Below the pieces are notes generated by a model. The model ran no database searches and was not told the DNA's origin. It saw only the letters and a list, made by a program, of their open reading frames with translations. From assembly GCA_965263035.1 (NCBI GenBank), contig OZ253580.1, positions 5,152,001-5,216,000 on the forward strand: a stretch of 64,000 bases of DNA. The letters run 5' to 3'. Shown in pieces: positions 29,645 to 38,821 of this stretch. The DNA is from Acidobacteriota bacterium. GTDB lineage: Bacteria > Acidobacteriota > UBA6911 > RPQK01 > JAJDTT01. Positions within the stretch are counted from its first letter, which is position 1; the number at the start of each line of letters is the position of its first letter. The translations under genes were made by a program, and so were the position numbers.

Positions 29645-31709
29645 GGATCACCTGAGACGCCAAGCCTACGTCTACGTGCGCCAGTCGAGCCTGCGGCAGG
29701 TTCGTTACCACCAGGAGAGTGGCCGGGTGCAATACCGGCTGGCGGCCAAAGCCGAAGAACTCGGATGGAACCAAGTCGAGGTGATCGACGAGGATCAGGG
29801 GCGTTCGGGGGCCACTACGGTCGATCGGGTGGGCTTTCAACGCTTGTCCGCCGAGGTCAGCCTGGGACGGTGCGGGGCCATCTTCAGTCTGGATGCCTCT
29901 CGACTGGCTCGCAACAATGCCGACTGGTACCGATTGCTGGACCTGTGCTCGCTGACGCGGACCCTGATCGTCGACAGCGAGGCCGTGTACGATCCGCGTC
30001 TCAGCAACGACCGACTGCTTCTCGGGTTGAAGGGAACGATGAGCGAGGCAGAGTTGAGCCTGCTCCGGCAGCGTGCCCAACAGGGACTGCTCAGCAAAGC
30101 GGCTCGCGGAGAACTGTACACCTCATTGCCAGTGGGGTTCGTTCTGAACCCGAACGGATGTTTGGAGAAGGATCCGGACCGCCGGGTGCAGGAAAGCATT
30201 CAGGGGGTGTTTGCTAAATTCTCCGAGACGGGCAGTGCCCGGCAGACTCTTCTGTGGTATCGGCAGGAAGGGATCCGGTTGCCCGTGAGACGACACACCG
30301 CTTGGGGTTGGGAGACGGTGTGGAAGCGGCCCGTCTACAGCAGCGTGCTGAGGGTCTTGAAGAACCCCCTGTACGCGGGGGCCTATGCTTGGGGGCGCAC
30401 CTGGACCGAGACCTACTTGAAGGACGGTCAAGCTCGCAAACGGATTCGGTCCCGGGCCCACCCGGAACAGTGGACGGTCTGGCTCAAGGAGCATCACCCG
30501 GGCTACATCGACTGGACGAGCTTTGAAGCGAATCAACGCCTCTTGGCCGACAACGCACAGATGCGAGGCAAAATGGCGAAGGGAGCCGTTCGTTCGGGAA
30601 AGAGTTTGCTGGCGGGTCTGCTGCTGTGTGGGCACTGCGGTCGCCGGCTGCACGTGGCCTACAGTGGAGTTGGGGGACGAGTCCCCCGCTACCATTGCCG
30701 AGGGGCGCGGATCAACCACGGCGTCGCGGGTTGCATCTCGTTTGGCGGACGCAGGGTCGACCAAGCCGTGGGGCGCGAGATCGTGCGAGTGGTTTCCCCA
30801 GGCGCGATCGAGGCGGCTCTGCGAGTGCAAGAGGAAGCCACCGAGCGAGACCGGTTGAAACGAGAACTCCTGGAGCGCGAACTCGAGCAGTTGCGCTACC
30901 AGGCAAGACGGGCTGAGCGACAGTACGATGCAGTCGACCCGGAGAACCGGCTGGTAGCCTCGACGCTGGAGCGGAAGTGGAACGAAGCCCTGAACAGTGT
31001 GCGCCAAGTGCAGTCCCGTCTGGAGCAGATCGGGCAGAAGCGGTCGAGTTCGCCGGGACCGCAGCGAGTGGAACTGCTCCGGCTAGCCGAGCGGTTTCCA
31101 GCGCTCTGGTCCGATGCCGTCACCGACAATCGGATCAAGAAGCGGATCGCACGCACGTTGATTGAAGAGATCATTGCGAGCGTGGATCAGGGTAGGCGGG
31201 AGGTGGAGTTGATCATCCGCTGGCGCGGGGGCAAACACACGCGGCTGCAGGTACGAAAGAACGCCACCGGTCGCCATCGCTACCGCACCGAGGAGGACGT
31301 GGTGAAGTTGGTTCGCCAGTTGGCCCGGCAGGTGAGTGACGATCAGATTGCCCGGATCCTGAACCGAATGGGCAAGAAGACGGGACGAGGGCACAGCTGG
31401 AACAAGACTCGTGTTCGCAGCTTGCGCAACTATCGGCGCATCCCAGCCTTCTCGCAACGCCCTCACGAATTCTGCAACATGCAAGAAGCGGCTTCGCAAC
31501 TGGGAATCAGCCCCAGTTCCGTACGCAAGCTGGTTGCCCGCAAACTCCTGCCAGCACGGCAGGTGGTGGCCACGGCCCCCTGGCAGATTCGGCACTCGGA
31601 CTTGGGATCTGAAGCAGTCCAACGAGCCGCCGAGGCCATTCGAAGCGGCAGAAGAGTTCCGCGAGGTACCAACGCGTCACAGTTAAGTCTCATGACATCA
31701 ACGATGTAG
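29625..31709 (+). CDS. Large serine recombinase (resolvase + recombinase + Zn ribbon + coiled coil + C-terminal HTHs)
   Basis: AYVYVRQSS catalytic motif, SRLARN, LKNPLYAGAY, LLCGHCG...C...C, C-terminal excisionase-like MQEAASQLGISPSSVRKL; AGGAGG RBS. Confidence 0.95.
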   Translation: MRGKITEDHLRRQAYVYVRQSSLRQVRYHQESGRVQYRLAAKAEELGWNQVEVIDEDQGRSGATTVDRVGFQRLSAEVSLGRCGAIFSLDASRLARNNADWYRLLDLCSLTRTLIVDSEAVYDPRLSNDRLLLGLKGTMSEAELSLLRQRAQQGLLSKAARGELYTSLPVGFVLNPNGCLEKDPDRRVQESIQGVFAKFSETGSARQTLLWYRQEGIRLPVRRHTAWGWETVWKRPVYSSVLRVLKNPLYAGAYAWGRTWTETYLKDGQARKRIRSRAHPEQWTVWLKEHHPGYIDWTSFEANQRLLADNAQMRGKMAKGAVRSGKSLLAGLLLCGHCGRRLHVAYSGVGGRVPRYHCRGARINHGVAGCISFGGRRVDQAVGREIVRVVSPGAIEAALRVQEEATERDRLKRELLERELEQLRYQARRAERQYDAVDPENRLVASTLERKWNEALNSVRQVQSRLEQIGQKRSSSPGPQRVELLRLAERFPALWSDAVTDNRIKKRIARTLIEEIIASVDQGRREVELIIRWRGGKHTRLQVRKNATGRHRYRTEEDVVKLVRQLARQVSDDQIARILNRMGKKTGRGHSWNKTRVRSLRNYRRIPAFSQRPHEFCNMQEAASQLGISPSSVRKLVARKLLPARQVVATAPWQIRHSDLGSEAVQRAAEAIRSGRRVPRGTNASQLSLMTSTM

Positions 31710-32068
31710 AAAGGTGGTGCAGTATGTCACCGGATCGGGCGGACCCAGGAAGACGATGTTTTCCCTTCGCTCCACGAAGCCCAGCTCGTGCAGCGAGTCG
31801 ATCTGCTCCCGTTTGATCGATGGCTGGAAGCTGAAGTCGAACTCCGCCAGCGTCTTGATCGCCGGCAGTCGGCTGGAACGCATGGCCGCCTCCAGCCGCC
31901 GGCTGTTGCGCAGGGCGATCTGGGCCGCCAGGAGCCGTTCGATGGCTTCCGAAGCGGTGGTCCCTCCGCCGTCCACCCCGGAGAGCACGCCGTCGAGGGC
32001 TTCCAGGGCGCCCGGCATCTTCAGATCCGCAAGCTGGGCGGCGATGCGCTCTCGGCGGGAGGGGATGT

Positions 32069-33111
32069 TCACGCCACACCTCCCGTGAGCCGGGCATACT
32101 CGGTCAAGGGACGGCGCTCGACATCGATGATCCTGGACCCGGACGGCACCGTTGCCTCGGGGCTCTCAGGGACTGGAGATGGGATGACGACAGACCGGTA
32201 AGGCCAAGACGCCAAGGGGGTTAAGATACTCACGCTCCCGCTCGAACCGGTCCACGGGCCGTTCCTTGAGCGTCCCGTGGTTCCGGACGTTGGCCTCCGC
32301 TTCCCGCCACTCCCGAGCCCGGGCGTTGAGATCGGCGTCCGACACGAAGTCTCGGCCATAGAAGAAACTCTCCCGAATGTAGCGGATCGGCCGCTCCACC
32401 TTCCCTTTCGTCTGAGCTCGATAGGGTCGGCAGGCCCGCACCCGAAAGCCGAGAGTGGCGGCTGAAGCGAACGAACTCCCGGTTCTCGATCAACCGTCCG
32501 CCCTCCTCCCGCCCGTCCCGGACGATGACCGACTTCATCTGGTCGAACAGAAGTTCCCCAGGGACGCCGCCGAAGTAGTCAAACGATGCCTCCAAGCCCC
32601 GCATCACCACCGGCATCGTCTGGCGCTCGTAGTAGCGGAACCACATCAACCGGGAGTAGCCCAGCACCACGATGAGCGCGTACCGCTTTCCCCACGGCAA
32701 CCGGAAGTCCGCGAAGTCCACGGAGGGCTGGTGGCCCGGAGCTGTCTCGAACCGCTGGACCGGCTCCTCGGGAGCCCGCGGCCGCGCTTGGCACACATAG
32801 CGCTTCACTTGACCGTAGCCGCCGCCATAGCCGGCCTTCCGCACCTCTCGGTACAGCCGCGTCGCCGTCAACTTCGGATACTCGGCCAGACGAGCATCGA
32901 TGATCGCCTTGTACGGATCCAGCTTCGACCGCCCCGGCCCTCTCGGTCCGTACTGCACCGGCTCCTCCTGGCCTCCCCGATGCAACTGTCCCTTCTGGAT
33001 CCAGTAGTAGACCGTCCGCCGGCTGACTCCCAGCTGCCGCGCGATCGCGGCCTTGCTCATTCCTTGTTCCAGATAGTGTCGCAATAGCACCCTCTTGTCG
33101 CTCCCAAACAT
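32069..33111 (-). pseudogene. istA: IS21 transposase IstA with two +1 frameshifts
   Basis: HTH SKAAIARQLGVSRRTV, RFETAPG, LLFDQMK, RAQTKGKVER; frame changes near 32452 and in the G-run 32216-32220. Confidence 0.88.
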
Positions 33112-33687
33112 AGCGTCTCCTCCTCCTGGTAGAGACGCTACGTAACAGAATCCCGCCCTCTCGGCGAACCTCTCGAGATCTTCCTTGTGGCTCCCCCCTA
33201 AGAGCCTCTTCAGGAACCAAAAGTGTGCAATATTCCATGGCCACATCTGTGCAATTTTCCATGGCCGCCAACATCTCAAGGGTGAGAGCCTTTGAGAAGT
33301 CAGCAGAGGTCATAGTAGCGAAGAAGCCGGATAATGCCGGTGGAGCGAAGGACCGAAGGAGTCGGACTGGCCCTATGGTGGACTCGTCAGCGGGATCGCA
33401 ACTACCTCCGGAAACGGGGCGGGGGGAGGCCCCTCGGACCCGGCACGGAAGGCCCAAGGGTGGAACCCGTCAAGCCGGAAGGGCGGAGATCAAGTCCCAG
33501 CGGCGGCGGAAACCGGAAAGAAAGGCCCTGTACGAGGCTCGAAAGAGCCTCGAGTGACTCCAACCGCCGGATACTGAAAACGGTACGTCCGGTGGTGTGG
33601 TCGAGTGCAGGGGCGCAATCCCCTGCACTCGACCCGATCACGCCGCCGCTCCACGCCGCCGCTCTACGTTACTTTCTTTGGAATTCT

Positions 33688-35439
33688 TCATTTCTTGTTG
33701 CGGATCGATTCCTGCATCCGCTTCCCGAAGTCTTCCAGCCCGCCTGCGGGGTTGGACTGGTGGCGGGGGTGTGGGGGAACCCCGGTCGCCGGCTCGTTGG
33801 AGTCGCGGCCCCAGTGACCGGAACGGTGAGTGATCACGTCCAGCCAACGAGCGTTGGCTTGGCGCCGGGCCAGCTCGCCGTCCGGGTCCGGCAGCGTGTA
33901 GGTGTAGGAATAGAGCTTGGCTCGGGTCAGATACAACTTGAGGCAGACGCCGCCGTACTGTTCGACGCTCAGTTCGTAGGGGGACCGGCCACTCTTCCAG
34001 GTCAGCTTCTGGGCGGTTCCGTCGGACGTCAGCGGGACCGAATCCGCCCGGGTGAAGTCCCGGATCGGTTCTCCATAGGGCGTGACCAGCTCCGCCTCGA
34101 TGGAGCCCCCCTCGGCGTCGGCATTCACCAGGATCTCGTAGGCGGGACCCCACGGTTTGGTCATCAGCCACCCCTCCTCCTCCCCGGCGTCCAGCGAAAT
34201 CCAGTGATCCTCGGGCATGCGCGCCACCATCAGGACGGCCACGTCCCGGGTCCCCTTCGACAGGTCGTAGGAGAGCCAGTCCCACCAGGTGTGGTTCAGG
34301 CGGCTGGCCGTGTAGTAGATCCAGGTCTCGCCGTCCCGCACGATGGGGTTCTCGGCCGGATAGAGCATGCCGCCGTCCTGGGCGCCCGGCTTCCCTACCG
34401 GAACCACCGGCGAGCGGTCGTCGGGCCGGTGCCATGCCCTCCCGTCGCGGCTGTAGGCCAGGGAGATCTCCAACTGTCCCACCTTGCCCTTGGGGTAGCC
34501 GGGCGGCTTGTGGTACGCCCCGTAAGTGGGAGCGAAGGGATGGACGTAGTAGGGGTTGATGATGCCCAGGAAGAAGTTCTCGTAGCGGAACACGGGCATG
34601 TCATAGATGTTGTACAGCTCGGGCGGGTCCAGCTCGTCGCCGGCCACCAGCACCCGCCCCTTGTCTTCCCAATTCACCAGATCGTAGCTCTCGTACTGGG
34701 AGATGTCCCGCGGCGCGTTGGGCACCCGCCGGGTCATCAGCACGTACTTGCGGCGGTCGGGATCGTAAAACAGCGTGCAGTTGTCGTCGCTGATGCCCCG
34801 TAGCACCGGATTGACGTGGCGGGGGCGTTTCCACTGCAGGCCGTCGTGAGAATAGGCCAGATTCATAGCCGAGTGGTGCCCGGCCCAGAGGGACTCTTCT
34901 CCGAAGGTGTTGAAGATCATCTTGTAGCGGCGGGCGGCGATATCGCTGGGATCCTTGATGATGCTGTAGACGAACTGCCGCTTGAAGGAAACGACCATGT
35001 TGTGCTCGCGGGAGCCGTTCACCTCCACCAGTCCCAGGATCGGTTTCTCCCAGTTAAGGCCGTCCCGGCTGACGGCGTAGGCCATCCCCCGCGGACCGTC
35101 GGCCGTGTTTCCCTTCCAGCGCATGAGCGTGTACCACATCTTGAAGATCTGCTCTTCCTCGTCGTACATCACCGAAACGTAGTTGAGCATGTCCCGGTCC
35201 GTCTCCCACGGGGCGTCCAGCCGGAGCACCGGATTCGGGTGCTTGACCGCCTGGTTCACCTTGCGGTGCAGGCTGTGGCGCTCCAACAGGGGCTCGTCGT
35301 CAAGGAGGAGAAACTTGTACCGGGCCAGCTGCCGGTCCTGGCTCGCACTCGTTTCGGCGGCGGTCGTGTGCCCGCAGAGCAACGCGGCTGAGACCAGAAG
35401 CGGAAGCACTCCCCGGCGGTTACGAAAGGATGGAATCAT
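33688..35439 (-). CDS. Secreted glycoside hydrolase-like beta-propeller protein
   Basis: Signal peptide; AYAVSRDGLNWEKPILG, SHDGLQW, SRDGRAW; same family as 14496-16118. Confidence 0.82.
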   Translation of the reverse strand: MIPSFRNRRGVLPLLVSAALLCGHTTAAETSASQDRQLARYKFLLLDDEPLLERHSLHRKVNQAVKHPNPVLRLDAPWETDRDMLNYVSVMYDEEEQIFKMWYTLMRWKGNTADGPRGMAYAVSRDGLNWEKPILGLVEVNGSREHNMVVSFKRQFVYSIIKDPSDIAARRYKMIFNTFGEESLWAGHHSAMNLAYSHDGLQWKRPRHVNPVLRGISDDNCTLFYDPDRRKYVLMTRRVPNAPRDISQYESYDLVNWEDKGRVLVAGDELDPPELYNIYDMPVFRYENFFLGIINPYYVHPFAPTYGAYHKPPGYPKGKVGQLEISLAYSRDGRAWHRPDDRSPVVPVGKPGAQDGGMLYPAENPIVRDGETWIYYTASRLNHTWWDWLSYDLSKGTRDVAVLMVARMPEDHWISLDAGEEEGWLMTKPWGPAYEILVNADAEGGSIEAELVTPYGEPIRDFTRADSVPLTSDGTAQKLTWKSGRSPYELSVEQYGGVCLKLYLTRAKLYSYTYTLPDPDGELARRQANARWLDVITHRSGHWGRDSNEPATGVPPHPRHQSNPAGGLEDFGKRMQESIRNKK

Positions 35440-35481
35440 GAAGTCGTTCTCCTGTGTTCTCTCCGGAACCGAAAGGTCAAA

Positions 35482-38400
35482 CTAGAAATAGAACTTCAAA
35501 GCCAACTGGATCTGCCGCGCGTCCAGGGTCCGGGCCAGGACACCGAAGCCGCTGGTCCCGTACTGGAGGGTCTGCTGTCTGGCGTTGACGACGAAGTTGG
35601 ACCGGTTGGTGGCATTGAAGGCCTCCACTCTGGCCTCCAGCCGTTGATTCTCGGCCAGACGGAAGGTCCGGCGCAGCGAGATGTCCAGGTTGAAGAGACC
35701 GGGGGCCTCCACGGCCCCTCGGCCGGAGTTTCCATATTCGAACGGAGGCGGCAACGCGAAGGCCTCGGTGTCGAACCAACGGACAGGAGTCCGTTCATGG
35801 AGAGGCAGATTGGCGTCCCGAATCCGGTCCGGCCACTGAGAAGCTTCCGACCCGGCGTCCAGCGGGTCTCCGGGCAGAGTCACGGTGCGCCAGCCGCCGT
35901 CCTGCAGATTGGAAATGGCCCGGATCGACCACCCTTCCAGCAACCGCGAAGCCAAGCCGCTCTGGAGCAGCGCTCTATTGGGACCGAAGGGCAGGTCGAA
36001 ACCGCCCGAGAGCATCAGACGCAACGGAATATGGAAGTCGGCCACTCCCCGGGTCGCCTCGATGGGAAGGTTGCGGGATCGGTAGATTCGACGGGATGCG
36101 TAACCCGTGGTTCCCCCTCCGGTCTGAATCAGGCGGGACCAGCTCAGCGAAGCCAGCAGGTACAGACCATCGGCGCCCGCGGCCTTTTCCACCTGAAAGT
36201 GCATGCCCTGATACCAGGATTCTGCATCCGCAAGCGGAAAATAGACCGCTTGGAGGTGAGGCCAGGGTCGACGGAGTTGCCGGTCCCCGGTCCCCGGGGT
36301 GGCGTCATTCAGGGAAACCGTCTCCAACTGCCGAGTCGAACGGGAACCGTGGTACCCGGTGTCCAACAGCCAATGGGAGGAGATCTCGTGCTGGAGGCTG
36401 AGGCCCCAGGAATGGGTCCGGGGCAAGGGCAGGGGAGACTGGAATCCGTAGTGGTCGGGAACGGCCGCGTGCCGGTCTTCCTGAGGAAACGGGTTCGCGA
36501 AGCGCAGCGACGGCGTCTCCAGGGCGCTGTTGAAGATGAGCCGCTCGGCTCCGGGGCGGGGATTCCGGCTCAATCGGAGCACCATGTTCAGATCCGGCTC
36601 GTTGGAGTGGAGGCCGTATCCGGTGCGCAGCACGGTCTTTTCCGCCAACCGTAGCGACAGGCCCAGACGCGGCAGGATACCGCCCAGCCGGTTCCATCGG
36701 ATCAGGGGATAGTTGGGTTGGAAGCGGCCGGTTTCCCACGGTTTCAAGTCCAGGTCGAGCAGCCCCGGGACAGTCATTGCTGTCACCGGATCCAGGTTCG
36801 ACATGAAGCCTCGCTTGTCCCTCCAGGCCAGCCGCAGCTCGTAGCGCAGCCCCAGGTTCAGGGTGAGCCGGGGCGTGGCCTTCCAGGTGTCCTGGATATA
36901 GAAGTAGAAGCTGTCCTGGTGGAATCGGCCCCGGGAACCCTCGCCGCCCAGCCGGCTCTGGGACAGGTAACCCAGAAGAAAATCGGCGAAACCGTTGCCC
37001 GTATACCGGTCGAAGAAGTTGAAGCGGCTGCGGCGGGAGGTCACGTACAGGTTGTAGTGCCGGCGGAAGTGGATGCCGGTCTTCAGGGCGTGGTCTCCTT
37101 CCACCAGGGTCAGATCCTTCTTTCCTTGCCAGTTCCCCAGACTGCTGGGGCCGAGAAAAGAGTAGTCGCCGATTCTGGTGTAGCCTTGGATCTCGACTAT
37201 CGGAACTCCGATCCGATCCACTTCGCTGAGGAGAAGTTCCGGAATTCCCAGATCGAGCTTCACCGAACGGGGGGACACCACGGAATCGTAGGGCCGGCGG
37301 AACCAATGGAGGCTGGCCGCGGATTGAACCCTCGGGCTCAGGCTTCGCGTGTAGGAGAGGGACTGCCCCAACGTGGCCAGGGGGTGACGGGTGGAGAAGA
37401 CGCTGATGGGCTGGGTCGAGGTCCATTCGGTGGAGTCCCAGACGAAGCGGCCGGCCCACCGGCTCACCTCCGATGTTTTCAGATCGATGCGCGCGATGAT
37501 CTGCGGATTGTCCAGGGGACTGTGGGAGTCCGGACTGGTGTAATTCAGTCCCCCGAGAGTGTTGGGTGCGGGCCAATAACGGAGGAGTTTCGAGGAGACG
37601 GGATCCAGCCGATGCGGCGGGATTCGGTTCTCGGGGAAAAAGTCGCCCGTCAGGGGGTCGCGGATGGGGGCGGCAAACCGGCCCGCCTTCTCCTCGGGAG
37701 TCGGGACCACGCCGGTGAGAGGCTTGGTCTCGCGGATCGACCGCATTTGATAGGAGATGAAGAACCAGACCCGGTCCCTTCCATTCAGCAGGCCGGGCAG
37801 ATAAAGGGGGCCTCCCAGGGTGGCCCCCAGTTGGTTGCGCTTGAACTCCGCCTTCCGCTGCTCGAAGAAGTTGCGCGCGTCCAGATTGTCGTTCCGGTGA
37901 AACCAGAACCAGCCGCCGTGGAATTCATTGGTGCCGCTCTTGGTGACCGCCACGATCTGCCCCCCGGGACGGATGCCGTACTCGGCGGAATAGAGTCCGG
38001 TCTTGACGTCGAATTCTCTCAGGGCATCGGTGCTGGCGTGGAACGAGGGAGTTCCGTCCCCGTGTGTGAAGAGGGTACCGTCGATGAAGGTCAGGTTGTC
38101 CTTGCGCCGCATGCCCAGCACCTTGACGCTGCGGCCGCGGCTCTCGTGGCTGGGGGCGGCACCCGCGGCGAGGCTGACCAACTGTCCCAGGTCCCGGGTG
38201 TTGATCGGCATGCTCTCCAGCTTTTCCTGATCGATCAGCTGACCCCGATCCTCCCGGCCGGTCCCCGCCAGCACCGGGCCGCTCCGGGTCGAATGCCTGA
38301 TCCCCGGATCGCCACGGAGAAGAAGAAAGTTCTCCTCCCGGATCTGTTCCACCAGCAATTTAACGTGGGTCCGGACCTGGGTTCCGTGACCGGTCAGCGA

Positions 38401-38697
38401 CGCCGTAATTTCGTATTGGCCGGGAGGCAGACCGCCTCTCCGGTAGTTTCCGTTGGTATTGGTGAGCAGCAGGAAGACCTCGTTGGTGTCGACCCGGTGG
38501 ATCGCTACCTCGACTCCGGACGCTGCTTCGCCGCTCTCCGTCCGGACGTAGCCCACGAGGGTCCCGGCGCCAATCTGGGCCAGCGGCTCGGCGGGACTCC
38601 AGAACAGGAAGCCAGCCAGGAGGACCGAGATCCGGAGATGCTGTCCATGCCGGCGGGAGAACGTCGTTTTACACGGGATACGGTGTGGGGACCACAT
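35482..38697 (-). CDS. TonB-dependent receptor (Oar-like, carboxypeptidase regulatory-like N-domain)
   Basis: TKSGTNEFHG, RNQLGATLGGP, LTLNLGLRYE, RVEAFNATN, C-terminal RQIQLALKFYF; start uncertain. Confidence 0.93.
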   Translation of the reverse strand: MWSPHRIPCKTTFSRRHGQHLRISVLLAGFLFWSPAEPLAQIGAGTLVGYVRTESGEAASGVEVAIHRVDTNEVFLLLTNTNGNYRRGGLPPGQYEITASLTGHGTQVRTHVKLLVEQIREENFLLLRGDPGIRHSTRSGPVLAGTGREDRGQLIDQEKLESMPINTRDLGQLVSLAAGAAPSHESRGRSVKVLGMRRKDNLTFIDGTLFTHGDGTPSFHASTDALREFDVKTGLYSAEYGIRPGGQIVAVTKSGTNEFHGGWFWFHRNDNLDARNFFEQRKAEFKRNQLGATLGGPLYLPGLLNGRDRVWFFISYQMRSIRETKPLTGVVPTPEEKAGRFAAPIRDPLTGDFFPENRIPPHRLDPVSSKLLRYWPAPNTLGGLNYTSPDSHSPLDNPQIIARIDLKTSEVSRWAGRFVWDSTEWTSTQPISVFSTRHPLATLGQSLSYTRSLSPRVQSAASLHWFRRPYDSVVSPRSVKLDLGIPELLLSEVDRIGVPIVEIQGYTRIGDYSFLGPSSLGNWQGKKDLTLVEGDHALKTGIHFRRHYNLYVTSRRSRFNFFDRYTGNGFADFLLGYLSQSRLGGEGSRGRFHQDSFYFYIQDTWKATPRLTLNLGLRYELRLAWRDKRGFMSNLDPVTAMTVPGLLDLDLKPWETGRFQPNYPLIRWNRLGGILPRLGLSLRLAEKTVLRTGYGLHSNEPDLNMVLRLSRNPRPGAERLIFNSALETPSLRFANPFPQEDRHAAVPDHYGFQSPLPLPRTHSWGLSLQHEISSHWLLDTGYHGSRSTRQLETVSLNDATPGTGDRQLRRPWPHLQAVYFPLADAESWYQGMHFQVEKAAGADGLYLLASLSWSRLIQTGGGTTGYASRRIYRSRNLPIEATRGVADFHIPLRLMLSGGFDLPFGPNRALLQSGLASRLLEGWSIRAISNLQDGGWRTVTLPGDPLDAGSEASQWPDRIRDANLPLHERTPVRWFDTEAFALPPPFEYGNSGRGAVEAPGLFNLDISLRRTFRLAENQRLEARVEAFNATNRSNFVVNARQQTLQYGTSGFGVLARTLDARQIQLALKFYF

Positions 38698-38821
38698 TGG
38701 GGGAACTATCCATCGGCCGCAGCATTCGCCCGGCACCGCGCGCCACGGGACGACAGCGCTCGAAAACCGGGGGTCAGTTTAACATGCAGGGGGTGCCGTC
38801 CCCGCTCGGAACGGTCACTAT

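Larger units (their letters stand above)
29164..31741 (+). mobile_element. Large-serine-recombinase integrative element (2578 bp)
   Basis: Bounded by direct CGGGCG core (29158-29163, 31736-31741); subterminal inverted repeats GCAGTATGTC / GACACAATGC; encodes an LSR and two small ORFs. Confidence 0.9.
28673..32072 (-). pseudogene. istB: IS21 helper ATPase IstB interrupted in Walker A (parts 32072-31736 and 29157-28673)
   Basis: N-part ends ENIVFLGPP; C-part starts GVGKTHLA and has LLVVDEIGY and ALLDRILH; joined length 822 nt = 273 aa in frame. Confidence 0.93.
28577..33273 (-). mobile_element. IS21-family element (istA-istB) carrying a nested recombinase element
   Basis: Ends TGTCAATGGCCATTGAAAATTGCACA and TGTGCAATTTTCCATGGCCGCCAACA with an internal repeat of the end motif; no target duplication visible. 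Confidence 0.92.
28457..33638 (+). ncRNA. ORF-less group IIC intron interrupted by IS21 (intron parts 28457-28576 and 33274-33638)
   Basis: 5' GTGCGCCCGACATGGG; GAGAAGTCAGCAGAGGTCATAGTAG...GAAGGACCGAA (DII/DIII region); short DV ACCGCCGGATACTGAAAACGGTACGTCCGGTGGT with CGC triad; DVI hairpin ending ACCCGAT; inserted 4 nt after a stem-loop. Confidence 0.88.

Noticed and set aside
32069-33111. istA frame changes considered as programmed frameshifting
   Set aside because: Two separate +1 lesions, one in a homopolymer, with no typical slippery heptamer; decay or sequencing error is more likely.
33334-34803. 489-aa plus-strand ORF starting inside the intron, considered as intron-encoded RT
   Set aside because: No RT motifs (no YADD); it crosses DV/DVI and is the antisense shadow of 33688..35439.
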